A stretch of DNA of 64,000 nt from Lingula anatina (taxonomy: Eukaryota; Animalia; Brachiopoda), in contig CM120640.1 in NCBI GenBank assembly GCA_051362555.1, positions 25,406,225 through 25,470,224 on the forward strand, read 5' to 3'. The position numbers and the translations under genes are program-made. Shown here piece after piece: positions 12,460-25,187 of the stretch (its first letter is position 1; every line of letters starts with the position of its first letter). The notes beneath the pieces were generated by a model, which worked only from the letters and a program-made list of their open reading frames with translations, was not told where the DNA came from and made no database searches.

Positions 12460-14429
12460 GAAGGGAGGACAAACAAAGCTGAATCCTCAGTGCCCAATGA
12501 GTCATTTTAAACATTACAATACAAATTTATATGATGTGGAATAAGTATGTGGTGATATTTGCAAGTGCAATTTTAGACCTTTTATTAGGTGGGAAAGGTG
12601 TATTTTCATAGCTGTTATTGTGCACGCACCGGTATAAGATTAATTATATACTAGTTGTGGGTGAAATAATGATGTCTAAGTTTGTTGAACTTGAATTGTT
12701 CATTACATTCCAGGAGGAATTTAGTCTTTAGTTTAGTGTATAAATTATTAATGTAACATAATGAAATATAAAGAGTAAATTATATAAGTTAAAAAAAGGA
12801 TTGTAGGAACTATTTTGAAGTATTAATAATTTGATCATAGCAAGATATCTTCATAAGGTACATACTGATATCTTATTACAAACTAAGTGTCACTTTTTTC
12901 AGCTTTTTTATTTGGAATTTCTTAATTTCATTAAACTCTCTATAGTCATTTATTGTGTAGTAACACAAACGTGAATGAAAACAGTATATGAACTGGTGGC
13001 AATGGAATTCCAAATTAGCAACTTATAGTTTTCAATTTTTTTTTCTTTGGTAGGAGATGCGATATATATGTGCTTGTCTTAATGCAGAACAAATTAAATC
13101 ACAAACTGTTATTAATTAAGAATCAAAGAATTGAAAGAGTCTGATATTCATGCACTAAGATTATTTTTGATTATATGAAGAATAAAAAATAATGTGGATG
13201 TATAGCATTTAAATCTCAATGTCAAATTGTTGATGTTTTATCTGTTGAAATCCTTTTTTGATGAATTCCTGTATATAAGTACAATTGTTGGAGCTGGAAA
13301 TGAACTATCCATTTGTTTATGTACCATGTGTGGACTGGAGCCTCAACTAGTTTTTTTTTTTTTTTTTTTTTTTGGGGGGGGGTATGTTAAAAGAGTTATG
13401 CTACTGCTGATGCATGTGTTATTGCATACTGCTGCCATCCATATTCGTAAGATAGTAGTAATATATATTATATTTCTTGAACTGGCATTTACAGCTGTGT
13501 CATATCTCCAATTTTCATGTATGCTATGCTATTGTGTTTAGAAAATAATTAAAACTGTTTGAAGCAACATTGTTTTTGATACTCTTTGAAACTCCCTCGA
13601 AAAAAGTTGTTTAACCTTAAGAAAGGGCACTTGATGAAAAGAATTAATGTTCCTCAATTTACCAGTACTGGCTTTACATTAAAAAGCCACATCTTTTGCC
13701 TTGCGACGAAATAAATCCGTGATGAGATGACAAAATTACGCTACATGTAAGCCAGTATTTTATTTACAAATCTTGGGCAATAGTGTGGCATGTTTTGAAA
13801 TGTTCTTCTATCAGTAACTTGGGTTTGTTAAGAGCAAAGAAGAGAAATTAGAACGCTTTCAACTGTAAAAGATCTCATCTCGCCACAACGGGGTCTCCAG
13901 CAGGTTGGAAATATAAGGTCAGGATGGTGGTTGGGTGAAACTGAAACTTGTGAAGTGCGTTTCCTCCTCTTTTCTTAACAGCACATTGTCTTATAAGTAC
14001 ACAGAGAGCGAATAATAAATATATTTTAAATTATCAAATTGTCTCTTTAAATTAATACATCATTGTTTTCCTGCGAACAAAATATTCCTTAGTGATCAAT
14101 GTTTCCACTACGATCAGTGCAAGGACAGCATCTTTTCGACAGACCTTTGAAACCTACGTGCTGGCCAGCCTAAAGTTAATAGTGACTCACTGAGACTGAT
14201 GAAAATCGCGTGTTTTCAATATTTATTATAAAAACTAAACAAACTGTTCAAATATACAGTAGACGGTTATACACTGGAGTAAATACAGCACGAATTATGG
14301 GAATTGCATCAAAAAGCAAAAAAAAAAATTGTAATTGCAAATACGTTAAGCAAGATGATTAGATAAAAATGTAAGTATAACAGCAACTAAACTTATGGAA
14401 AATAGTCTGAAATATACATTGGGCTATAA

Positions 14430-15200
14430 AGTCAGACGACCCACAAAGGGTGCAACCCTTACAAACGAAATAACCTTTTGTGACTTTGAGCCGCAGATCT
14501 GTGGTTGGGCATTGAATGGAAAGAGAGCGGGAAATCCTAAGGAGAATACGCGTACGGGTTGTAGACGGTGAATGGGGTTAGGGGTGACAAAGGCGTAGAA
14601 AGAGATCAAGTACTGGTCATTTAAAAACAATTATAAGGGTATTAAATTTTATGCAGGAAAATACTATAAATAGCCCTTGCATATGTTCATGACTTATACG
14701 ATGACCACTGGATGACTTCCACCAAGCGCACTTGCATAAGTAGTGTCAATACACTAAGTTTGATGTTAATCCACACTGAATCCACTGTTCGGTAACGGGT
14801 CAATCATTTTCATATTTTGGGAAATAAACTCGTGATTGGTCAAGTTTCGGACGTAAAAGCAAACCCACATATACATAATGGTTCAGAGTGCGTTACTGAC
14901 CAATAGATAAAAACCTGTCACAAGTTCAAGCCTAGGTAAACAGGCCAAGGAGGGTGGCCGTACACAGTGAGGTGAACCGCAGGTCAGCCGTCTGCCCAAT
15001 CCGCTTGACCAGTTCGCAGAATTTGCAAAACGAATAGTCGGCCTTGACCACGCGCAAGTGAGACAGATTGGAACGTAAAACAGCACGTGTTGTTTTTTTG
15101 CACGTGTGTACAGACCTAATGAGAAAAACCCATACTAATACTTGGATAAACCGCAAGGTTCAAGCGTGCCTATTACCGTGACAGTAGGTTACACAGATAT
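14430..15200. promoter_or_regulatory. Candidate distal enhancer of CYP26: cluster of nuclear-receptor half-site repeats, CCAAT boxes and paired E-boxes
   Basis: DR5 AGGTGA-accgc-AGGTCA (14970-14986); DR5/DR2 AGTTCA-agcct-AGGTAA-ac-AGGCCA (14923-14947); DR1 GGGTTA-g-GGGTGA (14575-14587); CCAAT/ATTGG at about 14835, 14900, 14996, 15067; CACGTG at 15084 and 15101; CpG-rich relative to flanks. Confidence 0.6.
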
Positions 15201-16089
15201 AGAATAAAAACGTAGGTTTGTTGCTGCTTCTTTCAAATAAAACTGAATTCCCATAAACACATACCCGTAGTGTACAGGTATTTTGTTTAGCCCGTTTAGG
15301 CAGTTCGTTCTTGTTTTAAGTTTCAATTCAATTTCATTTCAATTTATTTCTGTACTGGTTCATAGATTGTCATGACCTTGTACAATATGATATACAAATG
15401 ATGATACAATACAATTGGTGTATTACCATTTCTCTAGTTGGTAATTATGTTGCCTAGCCGTTTGTGAATGAAAAAATAATCTTTATTTAATGAACATATG
15501 TACTAGTAAAATTAATTATAAAATATTCTATCTAAGCAGTGAAATAAGTGTTACGAGGAAGTAAATACCAGATGCTAAGTGTTTTTATATGGTCCAGCAT
15601 CTTTTTAGCCAGTGTCTTGACCTAGGTTTAAAGGTAATTTTAAAAGGTAATCATATCAAAATGATTAGGCACAAAAAATTAACCCTTACTTTTATTGCAA
15701 GCATGTATGCACGAATTTGGCTATTCATCAATACAGAATAGAAGACAAAAAGAGAACGAATAAAAAAATGAAATTGCATGTTGCAGGCGTTCATGCAGTT
15801 TTTAAAAGTAGAATATTTCAGTAGTTCGTAAAAAATTCATATACGAACCCCTAAAAAGCAAAAAAAGCACAAAAAAGCACATGTCAATACTCCCATCATG
15901 TTGACCTTGATACATCTCCATCGGTCACCAACAACAGCTCAGCATGTTCCTCGCCACCAGTCATACTTCAGCGATCATAGTTATGTCATAAAACGCCCTT
16001 GTCAATTTTTAGAAAAGCGGCCATAAATAAAATTATTACCCACCTTTGCTGTATTCATAAAAGCTTATACTAACAATCAAACGGTTTAA

Positions 16090-16647
16090 TAGTGAATCTG
16101 ACACTGACCCCTATATGCCCCTGGAATTACATAACACATGATATATTCGGTAATGCAACGGCGATTTTGACCCTCGTGAACTGGGTTACATGCTGTGTCA
16201 GGGGCCGCTTTACAAGTTCAAAATTTATTCTCTTTCAAAAATTGAATTATTAATTGATGATGATGAGACATAAAAAAGGGTGTGGAATGACTATTTGAAT
16301 ATAGACCAGTAACTTAACCTTGATCTAAAAGTGTATGAAAACTATGCCATCGATGACTGTCCTGCATCCTTCTGTCAAAGAAAGATATCAAAAGTAACCA
16401 GAAATAACTATCTTAGTCATTAAGTGCATGCAATTTTAATTGTTTTCATCGAAATCGTATGAATTAACCCAGCAATCAGGCCCTGCAGTAGTTGCCAGTG
16501 CACTGGGAGTTAATTACGTAAGAAATATTTGACGTGGGGAGCACAATGCACGCGCTGACTCGATCGGGACAAAATGTGTAATGAGGGGTCGCTCAGAGGA
16601 CAGCCGCAGAGAGCAGAGTGACCACAGAGAGTGCGCGGCAAGGAAAC
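16090..16647 (+). promoter_or_regulatory. CYP26 proximal promoter / 5' leader with DR5 and DR3 elements and a D-box
   Basis: Minus-strand DR5 GGGGCA-tatag-GGGTCA (16105-16121); minus-strand DR3 AGTTCA-cga-GGGTCA (16168-16182); TTACGTAA (16514-16521); DR5 GGGTCG-ctcag-AGGACA (16586-16602) just before the ATG at 16648. Confidence 0.5.
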
Positions 16648-17862
16648 ATGTGGGGGTAAGTCTAACAGCACTGCCTTTTTCTTTTCTTTTTCAAGTGTGA
16701 TTTCCCCATGCAGGGAATATTGTCAAAGTGCGTTTTCCCTTCAAAAATTAGAGCATTAATGAGATGTTATGCATATTAATGAGATGATTTGATTAATTGA
16801 TTGGGCATCGATCACATTGAACAGAAAAAGAGTAAGGGTATTAAACCATTGAATACGAGATAAAATAGGCTGTTGGTTTTTGCCAGTAATACATAATTAT
16901 TTTAAATGACATATTTAAGCATTATTTTTAAATACGAAAACTGTTGTTTTGAAGTAAAAATACGGTGACTCTTCATTTAGTTAGAAAGGAGAGGGGGAAG
17001 TAACAGTATTTGTATGTAAAAGTGAAATTTTGCTACTTTACAACATGCTGGTTATACGTGCAACTAATTTTCATGAATTTATATCCAACTTGGTTTTAGA
17101 TTCACATAATTCATGCTGATAAATAGAAAGTATTAATGGTTATATCAACATTTGCATAACATTTCAATTTTTCATCTTTCATCTAGAGTTGCTTTTAAGA
17201 CAAATGCATTAAGCTATCAGATCTTTTGTCTGAAAGTAACATATACCTTGAAGAAGGCGCACTGCAGAAAACTTCGTGTAAGAAGTTTTTCCTTCACGCT
17301 TCAGTGACATAAAAACAACTTACACGGTAGTAGGCAAGCTCAAAACAATTTACAAATTAGGGAAAATTACAAGCATTTTGACGTGAAAAAAAGAAGTCAC
17401 TGTTTTAAGTATTAAACTGAATGGGTAGTGTACAATGTATTACGGACGATATCTAGATATAAATTGTCATTAAAAATACTCGTATTAGGATGAAAAAACC
17501 ATGCCCAACTTGACTACTGTTCGCCCCATGAATTAATGTCAAACAAATCAATAGTTTCTGTCTGCTAACATATTGCAACGAAAACTCCAGTCGCTCACGA
17601 CTATCTTCGTTTTTACAGATTACATTTTAAGACCTTTTACTTCAGAAATGCATGCACGACAGAGGTATTAATCTTGGCAGCCGTGGTGTGTTTCGTGGTA
17701 TATTTATACCAAAGGTTCACATATGGCCGCCGAGGAGACCCTCTCTGCCCCCTCCCCCTGCCCCCGGGTGCGATGGGTATGCCCTTCCTGGGAGAGACGA
17801 TTCAGTTGATGTTGAAAGTAAGTAGGCATATTTACTGTCCCAAAATGGAACGAAATTAAAAG

Positions 17863-17934
<72 letters not shown>

Positions 17935-20900
17935 GTTTCCGCGAGGTATGATAATAACTAGCAAATTAGATACTTGGGGTGAATTATTTTCATTTCATGT
18001 TTTTTTTTCTTTTCACTAGAAAGAAAAATTTTACGAAGAAAAACAACGTCGACACGGCAATGTATTCAAGACCAACATTTTAGCAGCTAATACGATAAGA
18101 GTGATTGGCTCTGAGAATGTGGCGATCATTTTGCGCGCAGAGAACAATTTGGTCACCACCCACTGGCCCAAGAGCACTTACCGTCTTTTCGGACCAGGGG
18201 CGTTACACAATAGCGTAGGGGACGTACACAGGCAAAAGCGAATGGTCGTTATGAAGGCGTTCAGTCCGAAGGCAATGGGCACCTACGTCCAGCAGATCCA
18301 GAGGATTGTACGGGGCGCTCTACGGGACTGGTGTGTCAAGGACGAGGTGCTTGTGTACCCTGAATGCAAACGACTATCTTTTGCGATTGGAACTGAGGTA
18401 TGTCCCCTGCAGATATCCGGTGATTTAAAAAGTTGTCAAGCTGATTCGCAACATAAAAGTAAATTTTGACCAGTTGTTGGCCTGCAGTGATTTCACGTAA
18501 ATAATTCAATTTTTTTACGATTAAGAAAGCTTTGTTATTCTTCAGTTAGCATTATGTGATGGAAAAAGCTATATTTAAGACTTTAAAACTGGATTAGTTT
18601 GAAAAATAACAACGATACACAAGATATCGCAAACATAATTGGCAGAAATTAAATGTGTTCGTATACAGTGTTTTGTAAGAACAGAAGAGAAGTATAGTTT
18701 CATTGGTCTTAGATCAGAATTGGAGGGTTAATAATGAAAACACTAATTAAAGTAGGAAGATTCGCACGTTGACTTTTCATTGACAGAAATAATTTAAACC
18801 CGAAGATGTGTAGCCAAAATTGGGATTAAAATTTGTCAAATTGCATTCATAATCTGCTTCAACAGAGTCTTGCTCGCTTTTAATTCACCTACTTAGCTTT
18901 TTCGGAAAATAATTTTCACATTTAATTTCTTACATACTTCTAGTTGTTAGTCGGTTTACAATGTGACGACAACACCCTGACAAATCTTCTCTCTGACCTT
19001 GAGACAGTGGTGGACAATATATTTTCTCTACCTGTCAGTATCCCTGGCTTTGGCTTGTGGAAGGTAGGTGTCGCTTGTGCTATCGAAGATTAATATTATC
19101 AATACAGTTATACAATTATGTTGATACAATGGAGGATATCTTCAATTTACACTGTACGCCGTACTATTATGTGCTTTGCACTCATGTGTAAGTGAAATTA
19201 AATACTTAATGATGAAAGAGAAATGATGAAAAAGAAAGAAAGAAGGATACTCATGTGACCAATCAGGGGCGGATTTAGGCCGTCTTCTGGGTCTTCCGGA
19301 AGACGCTCAGATTTTCATGTTTTCATTGACGGGTGTCTAATTTATTCTGTCGGAAGACGGTCAAAAATGGAAGATGGATCAACAAAGATAATTTGAAAGA
19401 CTGTCAGAAAATATCTCTGCATCCGCCCCTGCCAATAACACACTTCTTTTTCAGTTGAAGAAATACGCGATCTTTTCAAGATCTCTTTCAGGTGTATAGT
19501 TAATATGTGATCTTTTCAAGAACTCCTGAAGCTGAATGACGTCATTGTTGGTTTAAAATGAACCTTGGCATTTGTACAATGGTTTAGCCAATACTACACC
19601 CTGTCGAAACCTTCGTGTCATTGTTTCTGCTTGATAACAGCATTGCTATTATAATGTCTATAATATTTAAAAGGGAATGTATTTTCATGGTTTATCGGTG
19701 AAAAGCTTCAGATAAATAAAATTAATTCCAAAAAGCTGAAATTGTAAAACGAACTGAATGCAGATCCCCACTTCTGGGCTGACATGTTGGTTTATTTTGT
19801 CACTTAATATTTCTTTTATGATTTCTTCTTACATATTCTTCATATTCATTGCCAATGTTATATTGAATGCGAAGTTACTAGAGTTCGTAATCTAAAGTTA
19901 AAGTCTGCCTAGTAGTTGAAAATGTCAAGACTAAAGTCCGTGGCAAATGCTTGCTAAAACGTATATTTCAGTTTATATGACCTTCAATTAGCCTATTTAC
20001 ATCTGTCAATTTAGTAGAGTATCTTGATCGCCATTCAGATATAAGGCACATATGCACGTTTGATTGCTCATCTCGCCAAAATTCGCTCACCGAAGCATTG
20101 TAGTTGAATTGATAATACTGTAAAAGGTTTAAACATACTCGTTCCTATTCTCTCACTTTATTAAAAAAAATCACAAAATTGTTAGCTTTTTTAACAAACC
20201 TAAGATACAAGGCGGTGACTTATTTATGATAAGAACTTTTTACGCACCAGCTCAAATAACTCGTCCATCTCTTCTGACCCGGACATACTCGAGTGCGTTG
20301 GTTGTCCATGGGTTCTCCTGTCTACTCGGCTCCAATAAAAGGGCATTGCTAATTTTTCTACCAAAACTAAGTTTTGAATGGTTTGTACATGTACTGATAA
20401 CTCGGTGATAACTGTGCCATCCCCCATAAGCAGTCATCCGAGCAGTGCAGTGGGGGTTGTAGACTGCTGAACACTGCTGTATATATTTATATCAAGTGCG
20501 GTATCAAAAACCGTAAAATAAATGCACCGAATACTTTGGTCAGGTAAAGAGTGTGGAAATAGTGTGTAACTTAGCGTTTTTTTTTTTTTTTTTTTTGTCA
20601 TTTACATAAACCAACCAATTTTGTACAGCATATGCTTATCAAGACGAATTTGTGTCTGAATACTTTCATCCAATATTTTGTCTAATTTTATTACAACTAT
20701 ATGTTATTCCGTCTCTCACATCCTGACTCAGAAGTCTTGTTTTATAGAATGTCAGCATCATCATAATAGCTAGAGGTTGCTGCTGTATTGACCCCGAGTC
20801 CCTGGAGAGAATAGTTTGAAAAACTTTTTTTTTTTTCAGAATTGAAATTTTTCATTTCAGGGCGTATCTCTGTCTCTTTCATTTAGTAGTATGTCGCTCA

Positions 20901-22443
20901 AAGACGTTATGAATACCATCTATATTTCATCATTATTTAGGGACTTCGAGCAAGGAAAAGATTAGACCGTGCGCTTGACGCCCACATCCGTAAAAAGCTT
21001 GACAAGTCTTTGGCTGACTGGGGATGTAAACGGCCGTACATTGACGCGCTTGACCGTATGATCAACGCCTATCTTCTGGACGCGAAAGATGATATCTACA
21101 TCCAAGAGTTAAAAGTAATATATCTTAATATACTCACTATATTTATGTTTTATGAGAAAGTACAAAATTAGTCCTTCTGTGAAAGATACTGCGTTTTACC
21201 ACTTTTGTTAATCTTTACTATAATTTTTCGCTAATGAGAGCGAAAAAATGAGTACAATATCAGTTATGATAAACCGCATCATTCAGATTCCCCATAGCAC
21301 ATGAACATAAGCAGAACCAAAGAAGACCAGCGTCCACCTTCCCCTTTTAAAAATTAAATACCGAATTCAGTACCCTGCCCCTCCGTTTAAGAGGTCTTAT
21401 TAAATTAAATAAAATACGTTCTCGGGTTCAGAAAAGTGTATTGCAATATGCCCTAATTCTTCTTCCAGAAATCCGTGAGAAGATGATTGATATTGTACTT
21501 ATATCTTCTTCAATGTTTCTTTATTTTGTCAATTTTTACAGGATTCTGCGGTGGAAATGATGTTTGCTGGGCATCATACGACAGCGAGTGCAGCTTGTAG
21601 CCTTATCTATCTTCTTCATGAAAATCCTCGGGCAAGAAAAAAGCTCCACGCAGAACTCATCCAGCACGGGTGGACTCGCGATGCAACTGTGACAGACCTT
21701 GACCGAGTGACATGCGTCAAATACCTGGACCACGTGGTGAACGAAGTTCTGAGGCTAGTGCCTCCAGCGGGAGGTGCTTTTAGAAAAGTGCTGAAAACAT
21801 TTGAGCTTGATGTAAGGGTTATGGCTTTATTTGAGTAGTATTTTAAGTGAAAAGGTATATCAAAACATCATGCAGTAGATGTTTCTTCCAGACATCTCTG
21901 CCTTGAATGCTCTAGAAATGACGTTGCGTCTTCTTTTATAATGTCAAAAGTTTGGAAAATGATATTAAGAATAATAAATTGCTGAAGATAAATTGCAAGT
22001 AAAATGATAATTTTTGTCTAATATTGTACACTATTCCCTGAAGAAACTGACCAGATTCCCAACGAAATATTGGATATTGATAATTTTATTATTGGTTTTT
22101 CCAGGGATACCAAATTCCGAAAGGTTGGTCACTGGTTTACAGCATTCGCCAGACTCAACATCAGTCACCATTGTTTTCTGACAGTAAAATATTCGATCCA
22201 GATAGGTGGGAGGACAACCCTGCTAAGGACAAACCGTTTGATTTCTTTCCATTTGGAGGTGGCAGACGACACTGTATTGGGCGGGACTTTGCTCGCGTAG
22301 TCTTGAAAATACTTGCAGCGGAACTGGTTACGACGACAGATTGGCAACTTGCAGAAGAAGACCCCGTGTTCTCGCATTTCCCCACGCCTAAACCTGTGCA
22401 TGGTCTACCTACACGATTTAAAACGAAAGAGCAACAGATTTGA
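16648..22443 (+). CDS. CYP26: Cytochrome P450 family 26 (retinoic-acid hydroxylase-like)
   Basis: Exons 16648-16655 (ATG TGG GG), 17619 (or 17646)-17817, 18020-18397, 18944-19063, 20941-21114, 21542-21811, 22105-22443, all phase-compatible. N-terminal TM followed by LPLPPGAMGMPFLGET; CYP26-like GNVFKTNIL and VTTHWPKSTYRLFG; I-helix FAGHHTTASA; EVLR (ExxR); FDPDRW; heme motif FFPFGGGRRHCIG. Confidence 0.9.
19264..19431. mobile_element. 168-bp MITE with CAGGGGCGGAT TIRs and 5-bp TSD (hAT-like)
   Basis: caggggcggat ... atccgcccctg flanked by CCAAT on both sides (19259-63, 19432-36); internal repeated GAAGAC/GTCTTC motifs. Confidence 0.85.
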
Positions 22444-25187
22444 TTGAAGAATAAGGAAAAAGAGACAATCATATAATATATTATATTTAATGTCACAATG
22501 TAATTTAGATTTTTATTTGCGATACGGGTATTTCCAATTCATTTCATTTTTCGTGAGGGAAATATATATTTCCTGCAAATTGCTTTTTTAAGTATCTAAA
22601 CTCGGAACTGTTGTAAGCCCTACCATCTCATTATATTTGTACTGGTCCGTATACTTGTCAGCTTTGGCTGGTTTGTTAAACATGAGATCCTCAATTTCAA
22701 ATTACAACGCCATTTGTGGTGCAGCATAATCTGGAATTATGCAAAGAGCCACATATCCTACATACCCTTCATAACACAACATTTAACTGTAACGGGGGTT
22801 GATGTTTCCACTGTACAGTCGCTTCTCCTATTTAACATTTTTGTAAAACGTATACTTTAGCCTACAGGGCAACAGTTACCATGTCATGAACACTCATCTT
22901 AAAGCACACCGGTGATATTTATTGAATGAAATTTTATATGAATATATTATTATCTAAGGACAACAACTCTGCCAACTATTTATAATCTGTCCTAGTGTAG
23001 AATTTCTTTCTGTAAGCGAGATATTTCTTAACGCTTATGAAATGTATTAGATGTCTGTTTTTTTTAATCTGTTTTTAATTTATGAAATTTTTTCTTGCCT
23101 CATCAATGAACTCTGTTCTATAGAACGATAAGAACTTGAATCATGCAATAGAAAATAAACTAAAATATAGGAAATTCAGCTTCTTTAAATTTTAATTAAT
23201 TTTACTTTAAATGGTGTTACAGAACAAAGTTAAATCCCCAATGCCACTGAAAACCTTTGCAACGAACTTGTACCTGTTGATCAGTTTTATGTAATGCATT
23301 GTAGAAATAACCGCACCGAATTCGTATCTCCTTCTCCGTAAAGCTCCGCATGAAAGGGGAGACAAATTAAGGATGGTGAAGTGGGTTATGAGCACATATT
23401 AGCGTGAACCGAGTCTTTCCTATTCTGTAAAGTGACTTGGTGTAAAATGTGAATTAAAAAAGTCCGGTCGAAAGCTTATTTTTGCTGTTCGCAATGTGAT
23501 TATATACTTTCTACATCAGTGTGTGTGGGGAGTTGGAATAGTCCACCATTTGAGCTGCGTGTTATTCGGTCCAATTTTTAAAAACTGTTGGTCAACTTCA
23601 AAACGTGCATTTTGTGAATAGAATCCGATAGGAAGGGACCTCTTACCTTGTGAAAGGCAACATTTATCTTTCCACACTACCTGAATCAAATTTACGTTAA
23701 TAAAAGGGAAATAATTTGGAATACAAATTAGATGCATATGAACTGGTTTGAATCTTTATTGAATGAAAATGCGAAAGTTATATATGGAAGTGCGAAGTAG
23801 AAACAGACAATGAAATGTGTATAAAATATATGCAGTGCAGATGCATACAAATATTTCTTTATGTAGCATACAATGTATAAACAAACATGCACATAACATT
23901 CCAGAATTTATTAATTACTGTACAGTACTAATAATTTCTTTAGAAAGAATTAATATCAAACACATACCTAAGAAAAAGATATGTCTGAAATTAATAAAAT
24001 TGCAATAATTTTCATTTCCTATAATCACCAACTAAGTTAGGAACTTTGAAACAACAGACGGTTTTAAACGCTGTTGCAACGGCTTTGAATTTTCATAATT
24101 TGCCTTGCTTCGGTTGATTTTTGGACGCCGACAAAAAGTCTAACTGCTGCAAGTCTCAAAATATGATATGTAATTACATATAGATCTTATTAAATATTTT
24201 AAATCTCTTAAATATAAACAAGGGAGGTAAAAACTGTCACTTGTACACACCTGTACAACCTGGATCAAAGCTGAACAGATAACAAATAACTCAAATTATA
24301 TAAATGAATCAATGTTTTACATTAATAAAACATAATGAAACGATCTTACTAAATAAGGAGGCTGTAACAATGTATAATGTCCAATCAGTTTAGGCTGGAT
24401 TTGGAGTACATATCACTGCTGGGGGTTTAAGGGGGAGAGGGGAGAGGGGGAATTATTGGGGACTTGTTAATAACTCATCAGTTGTGTTATATGTAGTACA
24501 AAAATACATGCAAAAACACATGCATACAAATGAATAAATAAAATTGGGATAATGTGGATTTCAACTGCTTACCATGTCATTACAAACAAATTATTTAAGC
24601 AAATTTAAATTACTTTTTCTTTTAGGCTCAATTTTGTATAGGGACATTTTGATAAAAGTTTAAAAACAACATGGTGCCTTTGAAACTAAGCTAGTTAAGT
24701 TATAATAATACTTTTGGTATTTTCCTCAAATAATAACTCCACAAATGAATCCATCAAGTTTGACAAATAAATCCAGCAAGTTTGACAGAAAATGTCATTT
24801 CACTTGCCCCATTTTAGTGTTCAAATGGGGCTCTCATGGCAAAAATACATACTTAAAATAAGAAGATGCCACTGATAAACTGAACTTGAGCTAATTTTTG
24901 CCCCGTTGTTTCCTCTAACAGGTCAAAACTAAAACAAAATGACTCCAATTTCATGTTACCATTCCAACAAGAAATGGCATTAATTGAAACTTAGAATGGT
25001 CATAGTCTAATGTGTAGAAACAAGAGCCTGTACATAATATTATCACTAGTAAAAAAACTATTGAGAATATTTTTCTGAAATCATCTTCTAACTCATATTT
25101 ATATAACATAATATTAATCATTAAAATAGATAACATGTAAACAAATATTCTGATTGTCTTGACAATATCCAAAAGTTATGTGACACA

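Noticed and set aside
14196-14220. CTGATGA / CTGAGGA words as hammerhead ribozyme cores (also about 10950, 59805, 63083, and minus strand about 63280)
   Set aside because: No correctly placed stem II plus GAAA, and no flanking stems
20224-20437. Three overlapping 60-67 aa ORFs in CYP26 intron 4
   Set aside because: No recognisable motifs or consistent splice sites, and the CYP26 model is complete without them
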